Shown piece by piece: positions 8,962 to 18,529 of a stretch of 64,000 nt of DNA. Origin of the DNA: an uncultured Chloroflexia bacterium (GTDB taxonomy: Bacteria; Chloroflexota; Limnocylindria; Limnocylindrales; CSP1-4); NCBI GenBank assembly GCA_963707215.1, contig CAVPPB010000003.1, positions 768,001-832,000 of the forward strand, read 5' to 3'. Position 1 is the first letter of the stretch, and each line of letters opens with the position of its first letter. The notes under the pieces were generated by a model, which ran no database searches, had not been told where the DNA came from, and saw only the letters and a program-made list of their open reading frames with translations. The position numbers and the translations under genes were made by a program.

Positions 8962-10710
8962 CTAGATGGTACGGACGAACGCAAGGGCCGTCGGGTCGGC
9001 CGCGCGAACGTCCGACGGCAGGGCATCGTCACGGAAGCCGGCCGCCTCCAGGACCCTCCTGGCGGTCGCCCGGCGGTCCTCGACCGGGATGGGATCGATC
9101 GGGTCGCGCTCGGCCACGGTGACCTCGGCGCGGACGACCGCGTCCCCTGGTCGCAGGGTCGCCAGGTGCTCCGAGAGCAGCCGGCGGCCCAGGCCGGATC
9201 GCCGGGCAGCTGGCGCGATCCCGAGCGCGAGGATGTCCCGGCGACCCGGCGCCTCGTGGCCCACCGACGAGACCACGAGGCCGACGACCGTCGTCCCGTC
9301 GATCGCCGCGCTGACCTGCGTCCCGGGACTCGAGCGCAGCGCGGCCACGAGGAGGGCACGGACGGCCCCGGGGTCGCTCGGCGCGACGACGCGCGGCGCG
9401 ACCGTCAGCCGCTCGAGCGCTGCGGCATCGACCGTCGGCAGGAGCGCGGGTCGGCCGCGCAGCGGGAGCTCGGCGCCGCCCGGGGCCGCCGCGGCGGCGA
9501 CTGCCGTCACCGAAGGCTGCAGCGGATCCCACCAGCCCCTGTCAGCGGCCTCCCGCACGAGCCTGGGCACGGTGATCCGTCGCGAGAGTTCGCCCGTGAC
9601 CGCTGAGCGGCGCTCGGCGTCTTCCTGGAGGCTCGTCCGCTCGAGCCCGGCGTTCGGCGGGTCGTCGAAAGCCTCGGGAAGCGGCACCTGCCCGTAGCGG
9701 GCCGCCTCCGCCGACCATCGCTCGCGCCAGGCGGACGGGATCGACGCCGGAGGCTCCCGGTGGGCCCCGGCCAGCCAGGTGAGGGCCCACGCCCTCGGGA
9801 CGACCCGGTAGGCGTCGTAGCCCCCTCCGCCCGTCGCCAGCCACCGCCCGGAGGCCCAGCGGTGAGCGACGGCATCGACGATCCGGGCCGCCGCGCCCAT
9901 GGCCGTCGTCGTGACCCGGAGGTGGGCCAGCGGATCGAAGGCATGGCTGTCGGCTCCGTGCTGGCTGACCACCAGGTCCGGGCCGAAGGCGGCCGCCAGC
10001 TCGGGTACCAGGCGGCTGACGACCTCGAGCCAGACCGTCTCCCCCGTCGGTGGCTCGAGCGGCACGTTCACGCTCGTGCCGGCCGCCGCTCCGCCACCGA
10101 GCTCGTCGACGAAACCGGTCCCGGGGAAGAGGTGGCGACCCGATTCGTGGATCGAGAACGTCAGCACACCGGGGTCGGCGCCATGGATCGCCTGGACGCC
10201 ATCACCGTGATGGACGTCGAGGTCCACGTAGAGAACGCGCATCCCGGCCGCGCGGGCCCGGGCGATCGCCAGGGCCGGGTCGTCGTAGACGCAGAAACCG
10301 GAGCCCCGGGCCCGCATGGCGTGATGCAGGCCGCCGCCCGGGTGATGGGCGTGCTCGACGTCCCCCCGGAGGATGGCCTCCACCGCCCGGAGCGAACCCC
10401 CGGCGACGGCCGCCGACGCATCGTGCATGCCCGCGAAGGCCGGGGTGTCGCCGGGCCCGATCCCGAACGCGGGCTCGGCGTCCGGATCGAGCGCGAACCG
10501 CTGGACCGCCTGGACGTACTCGATGGCGTGGCAGGCGAGCAGCTCGTCGACCCGGGCTGGCTCCGGAGCCAGCCCGGGCTCGGCTCCCACGGCACGCAGC
10601 AGGTCGATGCCGGGCCCGAAGCGCCGGGGCGTGAGCGGATGCCCCGGTCCGAAGTCGTACGTCGTCGAACGGGGGCCGAAGACGAGGAGCGGCCGGGACG
10701 GTCCGGTCAT
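8962..10710 (-). CDS. acuC: AcuC-type zinc-dependent lysine deacetylase fused to a C-terminal AcuA-like GNAT domain
   Basis: HPLTPRR, GGGLHHA, GFCVY, DLDVHHGDG, SIHESG..FPGTG, GADSH..DPL and GGGGY motifs. The C-terminal ~170 aa carry GNAT motif A, IAPAARRSGLGRRLL. Confidence 0.88.
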   Translation of the reverse strand: MTGPSRPLLVFGPRSTTYDFGPGHPLTPRRFGPGIDLLRAVGAEPGLAPEPARVDELLACHAIEYVQAVQRFALDPDAEPAFGIGPGDTPAFAGMHDASAAVAGGSLRAVEAILRGDVEHAHHPGGGLHHAMRARGSGFCVYDDPALAIARARAAGMRVLYVDLDVHHGDGVQAIHGADPGVLTFSIHESGRHLFPGTGFVDELGGGAAAGTSVNVPLEPPTGETVWLEVVSRLVPELAAAFGPDLVVSQHGADSHAFDPLAHLRVTTTAMGAAARIVDAVAHRWASGRWLATGGGGYDAYRVVPRAWALTWLAGAHREPPASIPSAWRERWSAEAARYGQVPLPEAFDDPPNAGLERTSLQEDAERRSAVTGELSRRITVPRLVREAADRGWWDPLQPSVTAVAAAAAPGGAELPLRGRPALLPTVDAAALERLTVAPRVVAPSDPGAVRALLVAALRSSPGTQVSAAIDGTTVVGLVVSSVGHEAPGRRDILALGIAPAARRSGLGRRLLSEHLATLRPGDAVVRAEVTVAERDPIDPIPVEDRRATARRVLEAAGFRDDALPSDVRAADPTALAFVRTI

Positions 10711-10772
10711 GGCCGCACGATAGCGTGAGGCGCCATCCGCCCGGCCGGTCCCCGACCCGCTACCATGCGGGC

Positions 10773-10973
10773 ATGCCCGTCGACCTGATCGTCGTCCTCC
10801 TCGTCATCCTGGCCATCGTGCTGATCTGGCGCGGCCCCAAGACGTTGCCGAAGCTCGGCGAGGCGCTCGGGCGCGGGGTCAAGGAAGCGCGCAAGGAAGC
10901 GTCCGAGATCCAGGACGACCTGTCCAAGAAGCAGGACGGGCCGGACGACACGCAGGGCTCCGCGTCGAGCTGA
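10773..10973 (+). CDS. tatA: Twin-arginine translocase TatA/E subunit
   Basis: Short TM segment then GPKTLPKLGEALGRGVKE amphipathic helix. TACCAT lies 6 nt before the ATG. Confidence 0.85.
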   Translation: MPVDLIVVLLVILAIVLIWRGPKTLPKLGEALGRGVKEARKEASEIQDDLSKKQDGPDDTQGSASS

Positions 10974-10993
10974 GGCCGCCGCCTCGATCCGAC

Positions 10994-11332
10994 TCAGTCC
11001 GTGGCGGCCGAGACCTCACCCGCGACCCACTCCAGGTAGCCGGCGCTGCCCTCCTGGACCGGGACGGCGATGAGCTCCGGCTCGTCGTACGGATGGCCCT
11101 CGCGGATCGCCTGCTCGACGCGCGGCCAGGCGGCGGCGGTCGTCTTGACCAGCAGGAGCCATTCCTCGGCCAATTCGATGACGCCGCGCCAGCGGTAGCG
11201 ACTTCGGACGGGCCCGATCACCTGTGCGCAGGCTGCCAGGCCGCCATCGACAAGGAGCTCGGCCAGGCGGTCCGCGTCGGCAGGGTCACCGACGGTCGTC
11301 TGGACCTGGAGGACCAGGGGGACATCACTCAT
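10994..11332 (-). CDS. cutA: Divalent-cation tolerance protein CutA
   Basis: LAACAQ, SRYRWRG, EWLLLVKT, HPYDEPE and YLEWV motifs. Start re-set to ATG 11332. Confidence 0.92.
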   Translation of the reverse strand: MSDVPLVLQVQTTVGDPADADRLAELLVDGGLAACAQVIGPVRSRYRWRGVIELAEEWLLLVKTTAAAWPRVEQAIREGHPYDEPELIAVPVQEGSAGYLEWVAGEVSAATD

Positions 11333-11342
11333 CGGACCGAGT

Positions 11343-12716
11343 CTAGTCGACCGGCAGCCTGATCTCGGCAGCCGAGATCGACCGCTCCACGGCGGCTCCC
11401 TCGACCGGCTCGCCGTGCGCCGGCAGGAGCCGACGCGGCTCGAGGGCCCGAAGTCGAGCGAGCGACCGGCGCCAGGCGACCGGGTCATGCGGACCCCGGA
11501 CCGATCGCGACGGGGGCGGCCCGACCAGGTCGCCGACGATCGCCGAAGCGGAGGCGGGGACCCACAGGATCAGGTGCTCCGGACGCGGCCCAGGGGCTGC
11601 CACCGCGACGATGCGGACGTCACCCGACGGCACCATGGCCCCATCGGCGAGGGGCTCGACGGGGAACGGCAGCCACCGGCCCGCACCGTCGGCTCCATGG
11701 ACCAGCAGCTCGAGGCCGTCGCGGAGGGACTCCGCGCCGCCGGCGTGGTCGGGATCGGGAGCCGTGAGGGCGATGGCTCCGATCGTCGCCCCGTCGGCGG
11801 CCGTGGCCTCGACCAGGGCAAGCAGTGACTCCTCGGACGGATCGCCAGGATCGACGACGACGCGCTCGCGCCCGCCGACGACGTACGTCCGGACCTCGAG
11901 CCCGTCGACGCCGGCAGCCCCGGGCATCGTCACCCCGACGATGTCCGGGGCGACCTCGGCGACCGTCGGCAGCCCCGCCGGCCCCGGCACCAGCTCCAGG
12001 ACGTCGGCCGGGCCCCGGACATGCTCGAGCCGCTGGAGGTTCGCCGACGTCGGCAGCCACATCGGGATCGAGCGGTCGGCTGATCCGCGGAGCGCCGCGC
12101 CGGGCCGGATCCAGCGGTGGGCAGCGACCTCCTCGCCGAGGAGACTGGGCTCGGCAGCGTCCGGCAGCCAGGCGGCGAAGAACCTGGCGTCGTAGCGCCT
12201 CGGCAGGACGGGCGGCGTGACCCAGCGGGAGAGCGGGACCAGCAGGTCGGTCCGAAGCTCCAGGTCCCACTCGGCCACCAGGGTCGCGAACGGCTCCCCG
12301 GCCAGTGCTCGCTCTCGCAGCCGGGCCACCCGAGCCGGATCGACGGTCACGGCCGCGCCCCCGGGCCGCTGCGTCCCGGTCGGCTCGGCCAGCAGGACTC
12401 CGGCTTCCTCGACGAGCTCACGGATCGCGGCGACGTGGAGGGCCAGTGCCGCCTCGGCCGGCGACGAGCCTCCGAGACGCTCGGCCGCGTCGGACGCTGA
12501 GAGCCGGGAACGCCGCAGCAGCGCCGGATCGGCATCGTCGGGATCGACGGCTCCGCCGGGGAACACGTGGACGTCCGGAGCGAAGGCCATCGAGGACGGG
12601 CGATGGGCGAGCAGCACCTCGGGGCCACCGCGGCCCGCGCGCAGCAGCACGACGGTCGCCGCCGCCCGAGGCACGACGTGTGCGAATGAGCCCAGCGACC
12701 GCTCGGGAAACGTCAC
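11343..12716 (-). CDS. NUDIX hydrolase fused to a metallo-beta-lactamase-fold domain
   Basis: FPGGAVD...AAIRELVEEAG split NUDIX box and WVTPP..RRYDARFF, then an MBL-like region VVDPG, TAPDPDH, VGD, PAHG. Start inferred at GTG 12716. Confidence 0.85.
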   Translation of the reverse strand: MTFPERSLGSFAHVVPRAAATVVLLRAGRGGPEVLLAHRPSSMAFAPDVHVFPGGAVDPDDADPALLRRSRLSASDAAERLGGSSPAEAALALHVAAIRELVEEAGVLLAEPTGTQRPGGAAVTVDPARVARLRERALAGEPFATLVAEWDLELRTDLLVPLSRWVTPPVLPRRYDARFFAAWLPDAAEPSLLGEEVAAHRWIRPGAALRGSADRSIPMWLPTSANLQRLEHVRGPADVLELVPGPAGLPTVAEVAPDIVGVTMPGAAGVDGLEVRTYVVGGRERVVVDPGDPSEESLLALVEATAADGATIGAIALTAPDPDHAGGAESLRDGLELLVHGADGAGRWLPFPVEPLADGAMVPSGDVRIVAVAAPGPRPEHLILWVPASASAIVGDLVGPPPSRSVRGPHDPVAWRRSLARLRALEPRRLLPAHGEPVEGAAVERSISAAEIRLPVD

Positions 12717-12732
12717 GGCTCGAGGGCCACGC

Positions 12733-13230
12733 TCAGGACCCGAGCTCCATCGAGAAGCCCCAGAGCCACCGGCCGGGCTCGAACTCCCAGTCGTTGACCT
12801 CGTCGCGCACGAACCCGGTCCCAGCGTAGAGGGCATGGGCCGCGGTCATCGTCGGCAGGGTCAGCAGGACCAGCCGCCGCTTGCCGGCCAGCCGGGCTCG
12901 CTCGATGCAGGCCTCGACGAGCGCCCGACCGACCCCGCGGCCCTGGGCTTCGGGCGCCACCGCCAGCATCCGAAAGCCCGCCTCGTCCTCGCGCTCCCCC
13001 TCGGCGAGCGGACCTGGACCCGGCACGTAGGCCACGCCCCCGAGGACCCGTCGATCGGTCGCATCGACGGCGACGAGCACCGGCACCAGGGCGGCCCGTC
13101 CGGCCACGTCGGCCAGTTCCTCGAGGTAGTCGGCGTGCTCACCGGCTCCTGGCACCTGGAGGTACGCGTCGAGGGTGATCCGCGCGAGCGCCTCGTGCTC
13201 ATCGGGCAAGATCTCGCGGACCTCGATCAC
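12733..13230 (-). CDS. GNAT-family N-acetyltransferase
   Basis: [18 protein letters not shown] and AHALY..GF motifs. Confidence 0.92.
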   Translation of the reverse strand: MIEVREILPDEHEALARITLDAYLQVPGAGEHADYLEELADVAGRAALVPVLVAVDATDRRVLGGVAYVPGPGPLAEGEREDEAGFRMLAVAPEAQGRGVGRALVEACIERARLAGKRRLVLLTLPTMTAAHALYAGTGFVRDEVNDWEFEPGRWLWGFSMELGS

Positions 13231-15404
13231 CCGGCGCCGCCCCCGACGAGCAACGCCTCCAGGGCCTCCGGCTCGTTGACGGGCTGGCGACAGGCGAAGT
13301 CCCGGCAGACGAACGCCGTGGGCCGATCGTTGAGGGTGAAGCGACCGCCCATCAGCGGGACCTGGCTCGCGGCCGGGAGCGCCGCGCAGGCGACCACCCG
13401 GCGCGGCCGGAAGCCCTCGAAGACCGGCGCCAGGAGTCGGGCCGTGGCGGGATCGGCCGGATCACCGACCACCGCGACCTCCTGGAGGCCGGCACTGGCA
13501 AGGTCCGCCGCGATCAGCCACTGGGCGAACGCGGACGGATGGCGCCCCAGGTACGGGCCGACCGATCGCAGGGCTGCCTCGGCCGCCTCTCGGTAGGACG
13601 GATCGCCGGTCAGCGCGGCGAGCTTCAGGAGGACCGTCGTCGCCATGGCTCCCCCGGACGGGGTCGCGTTGTCCTGGATGTCGCGGGGTCGCGCAACGAG
13701 CCGTTCGTGATCGTCGGCGACATCGAAGAAACCGCCCGCTGGGTCGGCGAAGTGGCGCATGACGGTGTGGATCAGCTCGCGCGCGGTGACGAACCAGCGT
13801 TCCTCGAACGTCGCCTCGTACAGGGCGAGCAGACCCTCGGCGAGATCGGCGTGATCCTCGAGGACGCCCGGCGCGCTGGCCCGCCCATCCTTCCAGGACC
13901 GCCGCAGGCGCCCGTCCCCGTCGAGGAGACCGTCGGTGATGACCTCGGCCGCTCGGACCGCCGCGACCCGGAGACCATCCGCGAGGCTGGCGATCTCGGG
14001 CTCCGGCTCGAGTTCGACCGCCCGGGCGGCCTCGGCGAAGGCGGCGATCGCGAGGCCGTTCCAGGCGGCGATGGCCTTGTCGTCGCGGGCCGGCTGGGGC
14101 CGTCTGCTGCGGGCCTCGAGAAGGACCGACCGGGCGCGGGACAGGCGGGCGTCGATCTCGTCGGGGTCCAGGTGAAACCGCTCAGCGAGCACGTCGCTGT
14201 CGAGCACCCTGGCCAGGATCGTGCGTCCCTCCCAGTTGCCATGGGGCGTCACCCCGTAGGCCTCGACCGCGAGCGGGACGTCGTCCCCGAGTCCGGCCTC
14301 CGTGAGGACCGAGATGAGCTCGACGGCGTCCCAGGTGAAGGTCGCGCCCTCGACGCCGTCGGTGTCGGCATCCTGGCTGGCCGCGAACGCCCCATCGGCG
14401 GTGGTCAGCTCTCGACGCAGGTAGCCCAGAGCGCCCAGGGCGACGTCGAGGTAGCGGCGGTCGCCGGTCACCTGCCAGGCATGCAGGTAGGCGCGAGCGA
14501 GCTGGGCGTTGTCGTAGAGCATCTGCTCGAAGTGCGGCACCAGCCAGACCGCGTCGGTCGAGTAGCGGTGGAACCCGCCGCCGAGCTGGTCGCGGACCCC
14601 GCCGTCGGCCATCCTGTCGAGGCTGCGGCGGGCGATGGCAAGCGCTCGATCGTCGCCACCGATGGCCCGCCGGAGGAGGAAGTCGATCGCCATCGGCTGG
14701 GGGAACTTGGGCGCGCTCCCCCACCCGCCGTTGGCGAGGTCGAAGCTCGACTCGAGACCGGCGACCGCGGTGAGCAGAGTCAGCGCATCCGGCAGCGGCG
14801 CCCCGTCGTCGGCCGCGGCCACTTGCTGGGCGATGAGCGCCTCGACGAGCCGGGAGCCGGCCCGCTCGACCTCGTCGCGCTGCTCGTCCCAGGCCCTCCG
14901 AACGCCGGCCAGGACCTGCCGGAAGCTGGGCATCCCGTGGCGGGGCTGGTCGGGGAAGTAGGTCCCCCCGAAGAACGGCCTGCCATCGGGGGTCAGGAAG
15001 ACGGACATCGGCCAGCCACCCTGGCCGGTCATCGCGACCACGGCCGTCATGTAGAGCTGGTCGATGTCGGGCCGCTCCTCGCGGTCGACCTTGATAGCGA
15101 CGAACCCCTCGTTCAGGTCGGCGGCGGTCGCCTCGTCCTCGAAGCTCTCTCGCTCCATGACATGACACCAGTGGCAGGCCGCGTAGCCGATCGAGAGGAA
15201 GATCGGCTTGCCTTCGTCGCGGGCCCGTTCCAGCGCTTCGTCGCCCCAGGGGTACCAGTCGACCGGGTTGTGGGCGTGCTGGAGGAGGTACGGGCTCGTC
15301 TCGCCGATCAGCCGGTTGGCACTCTGCCCGACCCGGGCCTCGACGAGGGGATGTCCCGTCGGAGCCTGGGCCGGCGGATCCTCCGGGCGATCGCTGGCAG
15401 GCAC
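13227..15404 (-). CDS. YyaL/SSP411-family thioredoxin-domain protein (DUF255)
   Basis: [50 protein letters not shown] and RDDK motifs. Start re-set to GTG 15404 with TACCAT 6 nt upstream. Confidence 0.92.
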   Translation of the reverse strand: MPASDRPEDPPAQAPTGHPLVEARVGQSANRLIGETSPYLLQHAHNPVDWYPWGDEALERARDEGKPIFLSIGYAACHWCHVMERESFEDEATAADLNEGFVAIKVDREERPDIDQLYMTAVVAMTGQGGWPMSVFLTPDGRPFFGGTYFPDQPRHGMPSFRQVLAGVRRAWDEQRDEVERAGSRLVEALIAQQVAAADDGAPLPDALTLLTAVAGLESSFDLANGGWGSAPKFPQPMAIDFLLRRAIGGDDRALAIARRSLDRMADGGVRDQLGGGFHRYSTDAVWLVPHFEQMLYDNAQLARAYLHAWQVTGDRRYLDVALGALGYLRRELTTADGAFAASQDADTDGVEGATFTWDAVELISVLTEAGLGDDVPLAVEAYGVTPHGNWEGRTILARVLDSDVLAERFHLDPDEIDARLSRARSVLLEARSRRPQPARDDKAIAAWNGLAIAAFAEAARAVELEPEPEIASLADGLRVAAVRAAEVITDGLLDGDGRLRRSWKDGRASAPGVLEDHADLAEGLLALYEATFEERWFVTARELIHTVMRHFADPAGGFFDVADDHERLVARPRDIQDNATPSGGAMATTVLLKLAALTGDPSYREAAEAALRSVGPYLGRHPSAFAQWLIAADLASAGLQEVAVVGDPADPATARLLAPVFEGFRPRRVVACAALPAASQVPLMGGRFTLNDRPTAFVCRDFACRQPVNEPEALEALLVGGGAG

Positions 15405-15776
15405 AGCCGGATGGTACCGCGCCCCACGATGGCCGGCGGTCAGCGGATACCGAACCTGCCGTCCTCGGGGGCACGACCTGGGTCGGCGAGCCCGGCCGGA
15501 CCGTCGGAGGGACCGACGAAGTCCCGGCGGTCCGGCCAGCTCGCCCGGGGCCCCGGAGACCGACGGGCCGTTCGGCCGCGGCCGGGTCACTCGCGACCCC
15601 GATCTCGTGGACCACCGACGCGGCCGGTTCCCCCCATCCGCGACGGTGGTCCGCCATGGACGACGCGGGTCGCCGCGCGGCGTTGCAGGTTCTCGCCGAT
15701 GCCGGTTCACGGCCGTGGCCACGCGTCGCCGCCGGATCCGCCGTGATCCGCGGTGATCCGCGGTACGCTCCGCGCG

Positions 15777-16447
15777 ATGAGCGCCGACGTCACGGTTCCC
15801 GGATTCCTGCCCTCGGCGCAGGGCCTGCGGTTCCCCAATCGCTACGCCGACGCCCCCGCGGTCCGGCTTCCCCTCGGGCCGCTGGGCTCCCTGGCCCTCG
15901 GCAACGCCGGCGACGGGCTCTGTGGCGGGATGTGCCGGGTCGTCGTCGCTCGCTGGGAGCGCGGTGAGCCGGCCCCGTCCGAGACCGCCCCTCCCGCGCC
16001 CGGACGCCGCTGTTCCGGGCCATCGTCCGAGCTCAGGTCGAGTCACTCGAGCGGTTCCGGGTGCCGCTGCGCTTCTACTCGCTCCAGGCCTTCCGGCCCG
16101 AGCGCCCCGACCCGCTGGCCCGTCTCTTCGGCCGTCGGACCCGGACCCACGAGACGGTCCTGGCCTGGCGATCCATCCGGGCCTCCATCGACGCGGGCCG
16201 CCCGGCCATCGTCGGCCTGGTCCGTGCGATCGGTGCGGATCCACGGCTGCTGCCCCGGCACCACCAGGTCGTCGCATGGGGCTATGTCGTGGAGCGGGAC
16301 CGGCTCCGCCTGCGGATCTACGATCCAAACCACCCGGGCCGCGACGACGTCGAGCTCCGGATGCGGCTGGCCGTGGACCGGCGTTGGCCGGCGACGATGC
16401 TCCAGACGACCGGCGAGCCCCTGGAGGCCTTCACCCACCTGGCCTGA
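15777..16447 (+). pseudogene. Papain-like cysteine peptidase gene split by a single frameshift near 16003
   Basis: First frame [13 protein letters not shown]...GLCGGM...PAPG continues in another frame as TPLFRAIV...HHQVVAWGY...IYDPNHP, giving a Cys/His/Asp set. Confidence 0.7.
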
Positions 16448-16465
16448 CTGCTACGCTCGCCCGAC

Positions 16466-18352
16466 ATGGCCGACCTCGACCGCGCCCTTGCCGCGATCGT
16501 CGACACCTTCGTCCCGGGTGGCGACGGCCTGCCGTCCGGCAGCGAGCTCGGGATCCCCGCTCGACTCCGGGCCGAGGTCGAGGCGCTCGGCCGGCCGACC
16601 TTGCGGCGGCAGCTCGACCTGCTCCTCCGTGCCGTGGATAACCCGGCCGCCGCTCTTGTCCTCGCGGGACGCCCCGCCGCCTTCTCGCGACGCTCGCAGG
16701 TCGATCGAGAGGCGTACCTGCGCCGCCTCGCGGTGAGCCCGATCCCGCTCAAGCGCACCGCCTTCCAGGACCTCAAGCGGCTCACCATGCTCCTCGCCTA
16801 TGGGCTGGAGTCGTCGCCCTACCGGGCGCTGACGGGCTTCCGGGCGACGCCGCCGGACGATCCGGTGCCGACGTCCGTCGTGCCCCGCACCCCGCGACCG
16901 GGCGAGACGATCGAGGCCGACGCCTGCGTCGTGGGCTCAGGGGCCGGGGGCTCGGTCGCCGCCGCCGTCCTGGCCGCCGCGGGCCTCCGGGTCGTCGTCC
17001 TGGAGCGCGCCCGCCACGTGGCCGAGGATCGGTTCGGCGGGCCCGAGCTGGAGGGTCTGGCCGACCTCTTCCTCGACCGCGGTCTCAGCGCGACCGACGA
17101 TCGCTGGATCGCCATCAGGGCCGGCAGCGCTGTCGGCGGGGGCACGGTGATCAACTGGAGCAGCTCGCTGCGGGCGCCCGACGTCGTCCGCGAGGAGTGG
17201 GCCGCCGCCGGCATCGGCCCGGAGCTCGATGACCACTACGAGGCCATCGAAGCGGCGATGGGTGTGACGACCGACGAGAGCCACCGCAACGGCCCCAACG
17301 CGCTCCTCGAGCGCGGGCTCGAGGCCCTGGACCTGCCGGCGCAGACCATCCCCCGGAACGTCGCCGGGTGCGGGGAGTGCGGCCCGTGCGCGGTCGGCTG
17401 CCGACGGGGCGCCAAGCGCTCGGCGCTCCGGACCTTCCTGGCCGATGCCGGCCGTGACGGGGCCGAGGTACTCGACGCGACCGACGTCCGGCGGATCCTG
17501 GTCCGCGACGACCGGGTCGAGGGCGTCGAGGCATCCGTCCCCGGCGGGACCATCACCGTCCGGACGCCCCGAGTGGCCCTGGCCGGCGGATCCATCCTCT
17601 CACCGGCGGTCCTGCTTCGCTCCGGCATCGCCCGGTCGACCGCCGGGCGCAACCTGCTCATCCACCCGGTCGCGGCCGTCGTCGGCATCTACGAGGAACC
17701 GGTCGACCCGTGGAGCGGCGTTCCCCAGTCGGTGATGAGCGACGCCTTCGCGACCGTCGACGACCGCTGGGGCTTCCGCCTCGAGGCTGCGCCCACCCAT
17801 CCGGGCCTCATCGCGTCGGGTCATCCCTGGTGGTCCGCGGCGCAGCATCGCGAGGGGATGGCCGAGGCATCCCGGCTCGCTCCGTTCCTCGCCATCGTCC
17901 GGGACCGGATGCCAGGGCGGGTCGACCTCCACCGCGACGGTGCCGTTCGGATCCGCTACGCCGTCGGCCGACCCGAACGTGCTCTCCTGACCCGCTCGAT
18001 GGTCGAGCTCGCCCGGATCCACCGGGCCGCCGGAGCTCGCGGGATCAAGACGCTCCACACGCCGCCGCTCGACTGGCGGGCCGAGGGCGGAGCCTTCGAC
18101 GCCTACGCGGCCGAGATCGGGCGCCGCGGTGTCAGCCCGAACCGGGTCCTCCTGTTCACCGCCCACCAGATGGGGAGCTGCCGGATCGGGACGGATCGGC
18201 GGGCGAGCGTGGCGGACCCTGACGGGCAAGCCTGGGACGTCCGCGGCCTGTGGATCACCGACGCGAGCGCCTTCCCGACCGCATCGGGCGTCAATCCGAT
18301 GCTCTCGATCATGGCCCTGGCCCGCCGGACCGCCCAGCGGATGATCGACTGA
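16466..18352 (+). CDS. GMC-family oxidoreductase (long-chain alcohol oxidase-like)
   Basis: VVGSGAGG FAD site, GSAVGGGTVINW, CGECGPC..GC, AHQMGSC and DASAFPTASGVNPM motifs. Confidence 0.92.
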   Translation: MADLDRALAAIVDTFVPGGDGLPSGSELGIPARLRAEVEALGRPTLRRQLDLLLRAVDNPAAALVLAGRPAAFSRRSQVDREAYLRRLAVSPIPLKRTAFQDLKRLTMLLAYGLESSPYRALTGFRATPPDDPVPTSVVPRTPRPGETIEADACVVGSGAGGSVAAAVLAAAGLRVVVLERARHVAEDRFGGPELEGLADLFLDRGLSATDDRWIAIRAGSAVGGGTVINWSSSLRAPDVVREEWAAAGIGPELDDHYEAIEAAMGVTTDESHRNGPNALLERGLEALDLPAQTIPRNVAGCGECGPCAVGCRRGAKRSALRTFLADAGRDGAEVLDATDVRRILVRDDRVEGVEASVPGGTITVRTPRVALAGGSILSPAVLLRSGIARSTAGRNLLIHPVAAVVGIYEEPVDPWSGVPQSVMSDAFATVDDRWGFRLEAAPTHPGLIASGHPWWSAAQHREGMAEASRLAPFLAIVRDRMPGRVDLHRDGAVRIRYAVGRPERALLTRSMVELARIHRAAGARGIKTLHTPPLDWRAEGGAFDAYAAEIGRRGVSPNRVLLFTAHQMGSCRIGTDRRASVADPDGQAWDVRGLWITDASAFPTASGVNPMLSIMALARRTAQRMID

Positions 18353-18529
18353 CCGGCCGCACGGGGAGCCCGCCGCACGGACGGGCGGTCCGGCTCTCGC
18401 CGATGGTGACACCGGCGAGTATCGTGGGGAGGCAACGCGATCCGCCCGCGGATACGCCGGGCACGACCACGCGTCCGGCCGACCTCGCCAGCGGGCGGTC
18501 CATCGCCGACCGAGCCGGAGGTCCGCCCC

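Noticed and set aside
13227-16328. N-terminal extensions in the ORF track (yyaL 1033 aa, yitJ 951 aa, xdh 1044 aa, DUF2236 734 aa)
   Set aside because: The extensions are Arg/Pro/Gly-rich off-frame reads of neighbouring genes. True starts are marked by family N-termini and -10 or RBS signals.
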